DNA from: Deltaproteobacteria bacterium
Lineage (GTDB): Bacteria > Desulfobacterota > Desulfobaccia > Desulfobaccales > 0-14-0-80-60-11
Direction of reading: 5' to 3'
DNA length: 64,000 nt
Assembly: GCA_030018495.1 (NCBI GenBank)
Contig: JASEFS010000019.1
Coordinates: forward strand, 7,664-71,663
Positions 8,498 through 17,368 of this stretch are shown one piece after another (the first letter of the stretch is position 1; each line of letters opens with the position of its first letter). A model generated the notes under the pieces. The model was not told the DNA's origin. It saw nothing but the letters and a program-made list of their open reading frames with translations, and searched no databases. Position numbers and translations under genes: made by a program.

Positions 8498-10030
8498 ATG
8501 GCTGAAGAACCCAGAAAAATGCCGGTAGGCGAAGGCCTGCCGGAAATGCCCGAAGAGATCGTCCTGGCTCCGGTGAAGCGGGTCATAGACTGGAAACGCG
8601 TGTTTTTCATCTTGTTGGGACTCGGCATATTCTTGCTCTTTTATCTGATTCCGGGCTTGCCCGACGCGGTGGACCCCAACGGCAAAGTTTTCACCTTGTC
8701 CTGGACCGGGAAAATGGCCCTGGGGCTGTTTCTTATGGCCGGCACCTGGTGGGTCTTTGAGGTCATGCCCATCGGCGGCACGGCCATCGCCATCGGCCTG
8801 TTTCAGACTTTATTTTACATCCGGCCCGCCAAAGAGGCCTTGCGGGACTTTCTTGACCCCTCCGTCTGGTTCATCTTCGGCTCTGTGGTCATCGGTCTGG
8901 CCTTCACCCGCTCCGGCTTGACCAAACGTATGGCTTACAAAATGCTGAATGTGGTGGGGGAGCGCACCAACTTCATTTTGCTGGGGTCGTTTATAGTCAC
9001 CGCGGCCATGACCCTGCTCATGGCCCACACCGCGGTGGCCGCCGCCATTTTTCCTCTGCTCCTGGCCATTCACAGCCTCTATAGCGATTCGGATGAGCCC
9101 ACCCGGTTCGGCAAAGGCCTCTTTATCGGCATGGCCTGGGTGGCCGGCGCCGGCTCCATCATCACCTACTTGGGAGCCGCCCGGGGCGTGGCTGCGGCCG
9201 GGATGTTCAAAGAATTCACGGGCCATGATATCGGCTTCTTTCAACTCACCTGGTACATGTTCCCCATCGGCTTCCTCATGGTGTTCCTCATCTGGCTGAT
9301 CATCATCATCTGCTTTCGGCCGGAGCGGCCGCGCATCGAAGGCTTGCGGGAGAAAGCCATCGAGCTGGCCAGGGAGCTGGGTCCCCTGAACCCCCGGGAA
9401 AAGTTTGTCATCTTCACCATGGTGGCCGTTATTGTGCTGTTCATGCTCAAGTCCTTCGCCCCGTATAAAGTCCTGCAAGACCTGGATCGGGCGGGCATTA
9501 TGCTGACCGCCACCGTGGCCTTTTTTCTTACCCGGACCCTCACGGTGGAAGACTTGGAGGCCATCCCCTGGAACATTATTCTGCTCTTCGGCGGGGCCAT
9601 GAGCATCGGCTTTTGCCTGTGGCAGACCGGCGCGGCCCAGTGGCTGGCGGTGCACTGGCTTACCCTGTTCCTCAAGGCCAACTGGCTGGTGTTCGTGCTG
9701 GGCATCGCCTTCTTCGTCCTGGTAATGACCAATTTCATCATGAACGTGGCCGCGATCGCCATTTCGCTCCCGGTGTCCCTGGTCATCGCCAATTATTTGG
9801 GGGTGGCGCCCCATGTGATTCTCTTCGCCTCCCTGGTGACCGCGGGGATGCCCTTCAACCTCTTGATCGGCGCGGCGCCCAATGCCATCGCGTATGAGAG
9901 CAAGCAGTTCACCACCGGCGAGTTCTTCGGCTACGGCATGATTCCCAGCGCCGTGCTCATGGCGGTCCTGGCGGTCTTTGTTTATCTGATTTGGCCGCTC
10001 ATGGGCATGCCGGTGGTCGTAGCTAAGTAG
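8498..10030 (+). CDS. SLC13/DASS family permease
   Basis: WWVFEVMPIG, IPWNIILLFGG, TNFIMNVA, APNAIAY; many TMs. Confidence 0.9.
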   Translation: MAEEPRKMPVGEGLPEMPEEIVLAPVKRVIDWKRVFFILLGLGIFLLFYLIPGLPDAVDPNGKVFTLSWTGKMALGLFLMAGTWWVFEVMPIGGTAIAIGLFQTLFYIRPAKEALRDFLDPSVWFIFGSVVIGLAFTRSGLTKRMAYKMLNVVGERTNFILLGSFIVTAAMTLLMAHTAVAAAIFPLLLAIHSLYSDSDEPTRFGKGLFIGMAWVAGAGSIITYLGAARGVAAAGMFKEFTGHDIGFFQLTWYMFPIGFLMVFLIWLIIIICFRPERPRIEGLREKAIELARELGPLNPREKFVIFTMVAVIVLFMLKSFAPYKVLQDLDRAGIMLTATVAFFLTRTLTVEDLEAIPWNIILLFGGAMSIGFCLWQTGAAQWLAVHWLTLFLKANWLVFVLGIAFFVLVMTNFIMNVAAIAISLPVSLVIANYLGVAPHVILFASLVTAGMPFNLLIGAAPNAIAYESKQFTTGEFFGYGMIPSAVLMAVLAVFVYLIWPLMGMPVVVAK

Positions 10031-10075
10031 GGGTTTGAATTGAGTTGATAATCAAGGTCTGACAGAGGACTGACA

Positions 10076-11797
10076 ATGCGGAAAATCTTAGTCCGCGGCG
10101 CTTTTGCGCTACTCATGCTGTGTCTGATAGCCCCGGCTGCGTTGGCCCAGGTGGACGGCCCCGGTGACCGCCTCACTCTCTCTGGAGTAGTGAAGAACCC
10201 CCAGGGCAAAGGCGTCAAAGAGGTGGAGATAGAGGTCCTGGTCAACGGCCGGCATGTCAAGCCTCTGGGCGCGGATGAAGAGATCGTCACCGGCAGCAAA
10301 GGAAGTTTCGTGGAGGAGTTTCAGCTCCCTGCAGGGACCCTTCCCGACGCCCGGATTGAGATCAAAGCCAGCAAGCCCAGTTGGCAAACCCTGACCGCTG
10401 CGGTGGACGCGGTGGCGCAGACAGGGACGGACGAGAAGGGGAACCGGCTTTTTCAGGCCACCCAAAATTTGCCTCTTAAGCGGGCCGTCGTCCCGGCCTT
10501 TTGGATCGCCACTTTGGTTCTCATGGCGACTTACGTGCTCATCGCCGCGGAGGTAATGCACCGCACCCTGGCGGCCCTTCTGGGCGCGGCGGTGATCCTC
10601 TTCATCACCTACACCGCCGGCACCTTCGACAAAAGCTACTTTATTCTTTCCTTCGAGGACGCTATCGGGGCCATCGACATGAACGTCATCTTCCTGCTCA
10701 TGGGCATGATGATCATTGTCGGGGTCCTCAAAAAGACCGGGCTCTTTCAGTGGCTGGCATACAAGTCCTACGCCCTGGCCCGTGGCAATATTTTTATCCT
10801 GTCCTTCATCCTGCAGGTGGTCACCGCGGTGACTTCGGCCTTTCTGGACAACGTCACCACCATGCTGCTCCTGATCCCGGTGACCATTGAGATTGCCGTG
10901 ACCCTGAAGGTGCACCCCTTGACCCTGCTGGTGCCCGAGGTGTTCGCCTCCAACGTGGGGGGCACCGCCACCTTGATCGGGGACCCGCCCAACATCCTCA
11001 TCGGCTCCTACGCCAAGCTGACCTTCGCCCAGTTTGTCGTCAATCTCGCCTTGATCTGCGGCGTCTGCCTGGTGATCTCGTGCCTCTGGTACCTCTGGTG
11101 GTATAAGAAGGGCTATCTGGAAGCGGAGGTCAAGGACGTGGACCGGACCATCGGCTACCTGAGGGAAGAGTACCGCATCACGGATAAGAAGCTGACGGTC
11201 ATGGGTCTGGGGATTCTGGGTTTTGTCATCTTCCTGTTCGTCGTCCACGGGGTCCTGCACATGGAGCCCTCCATTGCCGCTCTCATCGGCGCCATGCTGC
11301 TGTTGACCATATCCAGGGTGGACATCGTGGAGATGTTGGAGCACGAAGTGGAGTGGCCCACCCTGGTGTTCTTCATCGCGCTGTTCATGGTCATCGCCGG
11401 GGCGGAAGAGACGGGGCTCATTCAGATGATCGCCGAATGGGTGCTGAACGTCTCCCAGGGCAACCTGACCATCGCCATAATCATGATTCTGTGGGTTTCG
11501 GCCATCGCCAGCGCGTTTATCGACAATATTCCTTTCACCGCCACCATGCTGCCCATCGTGCTATTTCTCAACGAAAGCATGGGCGTGACCAATAACGTGC
11601 TCTGGTGGTCCCTGGCCCTGGGGGCCTGCCTGGGCGGCAACGGCACCATGATCGGGGCCAGCGCCAATGTGGTGACGGTGGGCCTGGCCGAGAAGGCCGG
11701 CTATCACATTTCCTTTCTCGGCTACATGCGGGCCTGCTGGTGGCCCATGCTCCTAACCGTGGCCATTTGCATGGCCTATCTGCTGATTGCCTATTGA
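10076..11797 (+). CDS. ArsB/NhaD permease paralog with periplasmic N-domain
   Basis: Closely similar to 4152-5876 (KNPQGKGVKEVE.EVLVNGRH, LIGDPPN, DNIPFTATMLP). Confidence 0.92.
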   Translation: MRKILVRGAFALLMLCLIAPAALAQVDGPGDRLTLSGVVKNPQGKGVKEVEIEVLVNGRHVKPLGADEEIVTGSKGSFVEEFQLPAGTLPDARIEIKASKPSWQTLTAAVDAVAQTGTDEKGNRLFQATQNLPLKRAVVPAFWIATLVLMATYVLIAAEVMHRTLAALLGAAVILFITYTAGTFDKSYFILSFEDAIGAIDMNVIFLLMGMMIIVGVLKKTGLFQWLAYKSYALARGNIFILSFILQVVTAVTSAFLDNVTTMLLLIPVTIEIAVTLKVHPLTLLVPEVFASNVGGTATLIGDPPNILIGSYAKLTFAQFVVNLALICGVCLVISCLWYLWWYKKGYLEAEVKDVDRTIGYLREEYRITDKKLTVMGLGILGFVIFLFVVHGVLHMEPSIAALIGAMLLLTISRVDIVEMLEHEVEWPTLVFFIALFMVIAGAEETGLIQMIAEWVLNVSQGNLTIAIIMILWVSAIASAFIDNIPFTATMLPIVLFLNESMGVTNNVLWWSLALGACLGGNGTMIGASANVVTVGLAEKAGYHISFLGYMRACWWPMLLTVAICMAYLLIAY

Positions 11798-12028
11798 TCC
11801 CATGCCGGCGGGTCGTTTCCGGCGCTTTAAAACGCTGACGCGGCCCGCCTTCACTTTTCGGATAAGCTGCCTGAGGACAGCCGGGTTTGCCTTAAGACTC
11901 GGTGCTCGAGACGTCCTGCTTTTCTTGCTAAATTCAGCTAAATTAGCTAAAATTTTAGAAGAAATCAGGATGCAGATTTTCTTATTTGAGATTTTCATGA
12001 ACGCCTTGGGGGAAGGACGACCGCGCTG

Positions 12029-14587
12029 ATGGTGACCTCTATCAGGAGGGCCTGGCAGCGCCTTGCCAAGGCCGGGCCGAAGCATAAGCCGCACCTGGAA
12101 TTGTCCGAAAAGTATGCGCATTTCCAACGGCTTTTATCGGCCAACAATCAGGTTTTGGCCCTGATGACGGATATGGAGGAGAAGTTGTCGGGCGATTACC
12201 TGTTTGATTTCCACTACATCCGCAGCACGGTGGACCGGATGCGCGCCGAAACCACGGCCCTGGTGGAGGCCTTGAACGGCATGTCCGGAAATCGTTACCA
12301 GGCGCTCTCCCGCGCTTCTGCCCAAATATTAGGCGAAGTCGAGGACATCCTTAAGCGGCGCCGGGAAATTCCGGTGGCGCCGCTGGTGATTCGGTTCGAA
12401 GATCTCAATGCAGAGATGGCGGAAATAGCGGGCGGCAAGGCCGCAAATTTGGGGGAGGTAAAAAACCGCGTCGGCCTGCCGGTGCCCCCCGGCTTTGCCA
12501 TTTCCAGCTATGCGTATAAATGTTTTTTGGACTACAATCAGCTCAGCGAGCGCCTCACCGCGCTCTTGAACCGCTGGAGCATGGCGGACCTGGACACTTT
12601 GTCCCAAGTCAGTCAAGAGCTTAAAGTCATGGTCCACGCCGCCCGGGTGCCTCCCGACCTGGAGGAAGCCATGTGCCAGGGCTATGCCAGGCTGGCCGCG
12701 GAGACCGGGGGCCGCCCGCTTCTGGCCCTGCGGTCCAGCGCGGTGGGTGAGGACCTGACCTTTACCTTTGCAGGGCAGTATGCCACCTATTTGAATGTAA
12801 CTCCTGAAGAGATGGCCAGCCGCTATAAGGACATCGCCGCCAGCCTCTTCACCCCGAGGGCTTTATTTTATTATAAAAACAAAGGATTTCGAGAAGAGGA
12901 AATGGCCATGGGCGTGGCGGTCATGCCCATGATTCAGGCCAAAGCCAGCGGGGTGCTGTTTACGCGGCACTCCGATCCCCGGCGCCAGGACGCCGCGCTC
13001 ATCAATGCGGTTTGGGGTTTGGGCAAATATGCCGTCACCGGCAAGGTCAGCCCCGATCAATATGTGGTTTCTTATGAGGAGCACGGCCGGGTTCTGGAAG
13101 AAGTCATTGCCGAAAAAAATGTCATGCTGGTAAGCCTGCCGGAGGGGGGGGTGGAGGAAAGGCCGGTGCCGCCGGAACTGGTTAAAGCCCCCTGCCTGGG
13201 AGCCCCGGAAATAACGGAACTCCTGCGGTGGGCCGAAATCTTGGAGAGACACTACGGCCGGCCCCAGGACGTGGAATGGGCCCTGGACGAAGACGGGCGG
13301 CTGTGGCTTCTGCAAAGCCGGCCCCTTAAAGTGTCCGTCAAAAAAGCAGTGGAGCAGAAACCCCGGGTGTTCAAAGATTATCCGGTGCTTTTGGACAAAG
13401 GCACGGTAGCCTGCCGGGGAGTGGGCGCCGGGCCTGTGGTTATAGTGAAAAGCGAACAGGATTTGAAAAATTTCCCCCCCGGCGCGGTGCTGGTGGCCCG
13501 CCACACCTCCCCCAAATATGTCACGGTCATGGACCGGGCCGCCGCGGTCATCACGGACGCGGGCAGTCCCACCGGCCATATGGCACTTCTGGCCCGGGAG
13601 TTCAAAGTGCCGGCCATCCTGTGCACGGAGAACGCCACCAGGGTTTTACGCCCCGGCCAGGTGGTTACGGTGGACGCCAACTTCAACAACGTCTATGAAG
13701 GGGTGGTGCAGGAGCTGTTGGATACTGAGAAGGAGACGGGAAACGATTTGGCCGACACCCCGGTGTTTCAGACCCTGAAGGCGGTGGTGAAAAAAGTTGT
13801 CCCCTTGAATCTTCTGAATCCTCAGGACGAAAGTTTTGCCGCTGAAAATTGCCGCACTTTGCATGATGTGGTGAGGTTCGCCCACGAGCATTCCATGCGG
13901 GAGATGTTCAAACTCAGCGAAAACGACCTGGAGGGCGACCTGGACCTGGTGGATTTGGAGACGGACCTGCCTCTGAAAGTGCGGCTTCTGGACCTGGGCG
14001 GCGGCTTAAAGCGGGGTTTCCGGCGCAAGGTCAAACCCCAGCAAATTCTCTCGCTGCCGTTCAAGGCCTTTTATCAGGGCCTCACCTCCATGCGCTGGCC
14101 GCAGGCCAAACCTGCCGGAGTGAAAAGCCTGGCCTCGGTTTTCGTGAGCACCGAAGAGGATGTGGCCCAGGGGGCCTCGCGCTGGCAGGATCAGAGTTAT
14201 GTGGTCCTCTCCCAAAATTATATGAATTTCAGCATCCGTTTGGGCTATCATTTGTCCACCGTGGAAGCGTACTTAAGCGACCAGATCAATGACAACTATA
14301 TAACCTTTCATTTCAAGGGGGGCGGCTCCACCCCCGAGCGGCGGGAACGGCGCACCCGCCTGATTGCCGAGATAATCAGTCACATTGATATCAACTGCCG
14401 GGTGAAAGGCGATTTCATTGAGGCCCGGGTGGCCAAATATCCTCTGAAAGACATGGCCCGGCGGTTGACCCTGCTGGGAAAGCTCACGGTATATACCAAG
14501 CAGCTTGATATGGTGCTGTTCTCCGAAGGCATCGTCGACTGGTACATCAAAGATTTCCTGCGGGAACACGTGGGAACGGGGAACTGA
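12029..14587 (+). CDS. PEP synthase-like dikinase, paralog 2 (ATP-grasp + phospho-His swivel + atypical C-domain)
   Basis: GGKAANLGE, LRSSAVGED..FAGQY, PQDVEWA, LLQSRP, GSPTGHMALLARE. Confidence 0.9.
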   Translation: MVTSIRRAWQRLAKAGPKHKPHLELSEKYAHFQRLLSANNQVLALMTDMEEKLSGDYLFDFHYIRSTVDRMRAETTALVEALNGMSGNRYQALSRASAQILGEVEDILKRRREIPVAPLVIRFEDLNAEMAEIAGGKAANLGEVKNRVGLPVPPGFAISSYAYKCFLDYNQLSERLTALLNRWSMADLDTLSQVSQELKVMVHAARVPPDLEEAMCQGYARLAAETGGRPLLALRSSAVGEDLTFTFAGQYATYLNVTPEEMASRYKDIAASLFTPRALFYYKNKGFREEEMAMGVAVMPMIQAKASGVLFTRHSDPRRQDAALINAVWGLGKYAVTGKVSPDQYVVSYEEHGRVLEEVIAEKNVMLVSLPEGGVEERPVPPELVKAPCLGAPEITELLRWAEILERHYGRPQDVEWALDEDGRLWLLQSRPLKVSVKKAVEQKPRVFKDYPVLLDKGTVACRGVGAGPVVIVKSEQDLKNFPPGAVLVARHTSPKYVTVMDRAAAVITDAGSPTGHMALLAREFKVPAILCTENATRVLRPGQVVTVDANFNNVYEGVVQELLDTEKETGNDLADTPVFQTLKAVVKKVVPLNLLNPQDESFAAENCRTLHDVVRFAHEHSMREMFKLSENDLEGDLDLVDLETDLPLKVRLLDLGGGLKRGFRRKVKPQQILSLPFKAFYQGLTSMRWPQAKPAGVKSLASVFVSTEEDVAQGASRWQDQSYVVLSQNYMNFSIRLGYHLSTVEAYLSDQINDNYITFHFKGGGSTPERRERRTRLIAEIISHIDINCRVKGDFIEARVAKYPLKDMARRLTLLGKLTVYTKQLDMVLFSEGIVDWYIKDFLREHVGTGN

Positions 14588-14588
14588 G

Positions 14589-16898
14589 ATGCGGCGCTTT
14601 GCCTCCCAGATTTCCAGATACGCCTTGCCCGTTTTGCTGGTGCTTAATCTTATTCTTCTGGGCGCCGGCATCTACCTGGGCTTCAAATCCGCCAGCCAGA
14701 TGCAGGAGATCGTCCGGGAAGACTTCAACCAGCAGCAACTGGTGCTGGCCCGGCACATCGCCAGCATGCTGGAGCAGGATGTCCAATTCCTGAAGCGGGA
14801 GTTGAACACGGCCAATCTGTCGCCGTCCGTCCAGTATTTGGAACCCCTTACCTGGGCCAACCGCATGCGCTTCACGCTTTCCAGCGTCCGGGAAGAAGGG
14901 GTGGTGGAGATCTTCCGCATCAATAAGGAGGGGACCCGGAAGCACGTGGTGGATGAGCGCGGTCTGGATCATGTGTTCACCGGCTCCTTTAAGGAGGAGC
15001 CCTACCTGGAATGGGCCTCCCAGCCGGAAAATAAAGGGCGGATTTACATGGGGGAGGTGTCCACCCAGGTGCCCAACTATGTCGGCCGCCTCATTATCAC
15101 CATGGTGGTCCCCACCTACGCGGTATCGGTGGATGAAAGCCATCCGCACCCTTCCGGGGAGTGGGCCGGGGTTATGGGCTTTTATATCGACGCCCATTAT
15201 CTGGCCACCAAGTTCACCCAGGGCATCCGGAGCGGCAAGACCGGCTATGCCTGGATCATGAACAATCAGGGTATTTTCCTGAGCCACCCCGAACGGGATT
15301 TTATCGGGCAAAATGCCTTTACGGTGCGCAAGCAGCGGATGCCGGCCATTTCTTTTACGGCCATCAATGAGATTCAGCGGGAGAAGATGCTTGCCGGCCA
15401 GGAAGGCTGGGGCACTTACATTTCCGGCTGGCACCGAGGTCTGGCCGGAGAAATTCAAAAACTCATCGCTTATACTCCGGTGCAGATGGGCGAGCCGCGC
15501 TACGGCAACCCCGACAGTACCGCCCTGACGTGGTCGGTGGCGGTAGTGGCCCCGGAAGAAGAAGTCCTGGGGGTGGTACACTCTCTGTACACCCGACAAT
15601 TTCTGCTCCAGGTGATTATCGGCTTCTTCGTCCTGTCCGGCACCATCGTCTTGCTGAACTTTCGGTATGAGCGCCAGTTTTCCGCGTCTCTGGAAGAGGA
15701 AGTCAACCGTATCCGGGATGAGCTGCAGAAGTCTGAGACCCGGTACCAGGCCTTGGTGGAAAACGCCGCGGACCTTATTTACACGGTGGACGAGTCAGGT
15801 AAAATCCTGTCTCTCAATAAATTTGCCGCGGATTTCTTCGCCTACTCCTGGCCCTCCATGGCCCCCGGCGAAGCGCGGCCGGAAGATTTTGTGGGGCGCA
15901 CCTTTTTCGATATTTTCTCCCGGGATTCGGCCATGTTTCACCTTGATTGGCTCAGAGAGGTGAGAGAGACAGGCCGGGTCAAACCCAAGCGCCATCAGGT
16001 TGCCATCGGGGAACACGAATTCTGGTTTTCCACCAGCATCGTAGGGCTCAAAGACGAAAACGGTGATATTTACGCGTATGAGATTATTTCCCGCAACATC
16101 ACCGGCCGCAAAGCCTTCGAAGAGCGCATGATAAATATGGAGAAGCTGGCCGCGGTGGGCACCCTGGCGGCAGGTGTGGCTCATGAAATAAACAATCCCA
16201 TCGCTGTTATCCTGGGATTCACCGAACATCTCCTGGAAAAGACCGATGACCGGCCGGACATCAAGGAGACCTTGCAGGTTATTGAAGAAGAAGGCTTGAA
16301 GTGCAAAAAGATCGTACAGAATCTCCTCACTTTTGCCAGGGCGCCGGAGCGGGCTGAAACCACCGCGGAAATAAATTCCATCATAGAGAAAATGCTGGCC
16401 GTGGTGAGCAATACCTTGCTCACCAAGAAAATCCGCCTGGAATCCAGCCTGTCTCCCGACCTCCCCCGAACGAAGGGCGACCCCCGGGAATTGCAGCAGG
16501 TTTTTATTAACATGGTGAATAATGCCATGGATTCCATGAAGGGCGGCGGCGTCCTGAAAGTCAGCACCCGCATGGCTGCGGACGGCAAGCGGGTGGCCAT
16601 TGAATTCAGCGACACCGGCACCGGTATCCCCAGGGAAGTGCAGCCCAAAATCTTCGAACCCTTCTTCACCACCAAAAAAACCGGAGAAGGCACCGGCCTG
16701 GGGCTGTCGGTGAGCTACGGCATTGTCACCAAATACGGCGGTAATATTATTTTCAGCAGTTATCATGCGAACGAATATCCGGAAAAGCACGGCACCACGT
16801 TCAGAATTTATCTCCCGGTGGCCACGAGAACGGAAGCTGAGGGCGAAGTCTCGGACGCCGCAATGGAAGAAGCAACCGCGCCTTTCAGCGCTTTGTGA
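14589..16898 (+). CDS. Membrane sensor histidine kinase (Cache-PAS-HisKA-HATPase)
   Basis: Two TMs, GYAWIMNNQG..LSHP Cache motif, [23 protein letters not shown]...GTGLGLS. Start ATG 14589. Confidence 0.95.
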   Translation: MRRFASQISRYALPVLLVLNLILLGAGIYLGFKSASQMQEIVREDFNQQQLVLARHIASMLEQDVQFLKRELNTANLSPSVQYLEPLTWANRMRFTLSSVREEGVVEIFRINKEGTRKHVVDERGLDHVFTGSFKEEPYLEWASQPENKGRIYMGEVSTQVPNYVGRLIITMVVPTYAVSVDESHPHPSGEWAGVMGFYIDAHYLATKFTQGIRSGKTGYAWIMNNQGIFLSHPERDFIGQNAFTVRKQRMPAISFTAINEIQREKMLAGQEGWGTYISGWHRGLAGEIQKLIAYTPVQMGEPRYGNPDSTALTWSVAVVAPEEEVLGVVHSLYTRQFLLQVIIGFFVLSGTIVLLNFRYERQFSASLEEEVNRIRDELQKSETRYQALVENAADLIYTVDESGKILSLNKFAADFFAYSWPSMAPGEARPEDFVGRTFFDIFSRDSAMFHLDWLREVRETGRVKPKRHQVAIGEHEFWFSTSIVGLKDENGDIYAYEIISRNITGRKAFEERMINMEKLAAVGTLAAGVAHEINNPIAVILGFTEHLLEKTDDRPDIKETLQVIEEEGLKCKKIVQNLLTFARAPERAETTAEINSIIEKMLAVVSNTLLTKKIRLESSLSPDLPRTKGDPRELQQVFINMVNNAMDSMKGGGVLKVSTRMAADGKRVAIEFSDTGTGIPREVQPKIFEPFFTTKKTGEGTGLGLSVSYGIVTKYGGNIIFSSYHANEYPEKHGTTFRIYLPVATRTEAEGEVSDAAMEEATAPFSAL

Positions 16899-16920
16899 GG
16901 AATTCCCCCAGGAGGACCAG

Positions 16921-17331
16921 ATGGCCGAAAGACTGTTAGTTGTTGATGATGAGCCGAACATGTTGAGGCTTTTAAAGACTATCCTGATGGATAAAACCGG
17001 CTATGAAGTGGAAACCACCAACAACCCCCTTGAGGTGGAAAAGATGCTCAAGGAGCAGCCCTACGACCTGGTGGTGACCGACCTCAAAATGCCCTTGGTG
17101 GACGGCATTGATTTAATAGAAATCATCAAGAAAATCGATTCCCAGATCCCCATTATTATCATTACGGCCTACGGCACCATGGAGACCGCCGAAGAGGCCA
17201 TTCAGAAGGGCGCCTACGACTTCATCACCAAACCCTTCCGCAAAGAGAGCATCTTGATAACCATAAAGCGGGCCCTGGAGTGGAAAAGGATGCATCGCGA
17301 ACTGGCCGCCTTGAAAACGCCGGGAGCCTGA
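16921..17331 (+). CDS. Stand-alone response regulator (receiver + short helix)
   Basis: LVVDDE, TDLKMP, ITAYG, ITKPF; GGAGG RBS; no output domain. Confidence 0.93.
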   Translation: MAERLLVVDDEPNMLRLLKTILMDKTGYEVETTNNPLEVEKMLKEQPYDLVVTDLKMPLVDGIDLIEIIKKIDSQIPIIIITAYGTMETAEEAIQKGAYDFITKPFRKESILITIKRALEWKRMHRELAALKTPGA

Positions 17332-17368
17332 TTTTCTCAAAAGGAGCTGAACTCCTCGACCAGCGGGC

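Noticed and set aside
12029-14587. Assigning the symbol ppsA to the dikinase-like genes
   Set aside because: C-terminal PEP/pyruvate-binding barrel motifs are not recognisable, so orthology is unsupported.
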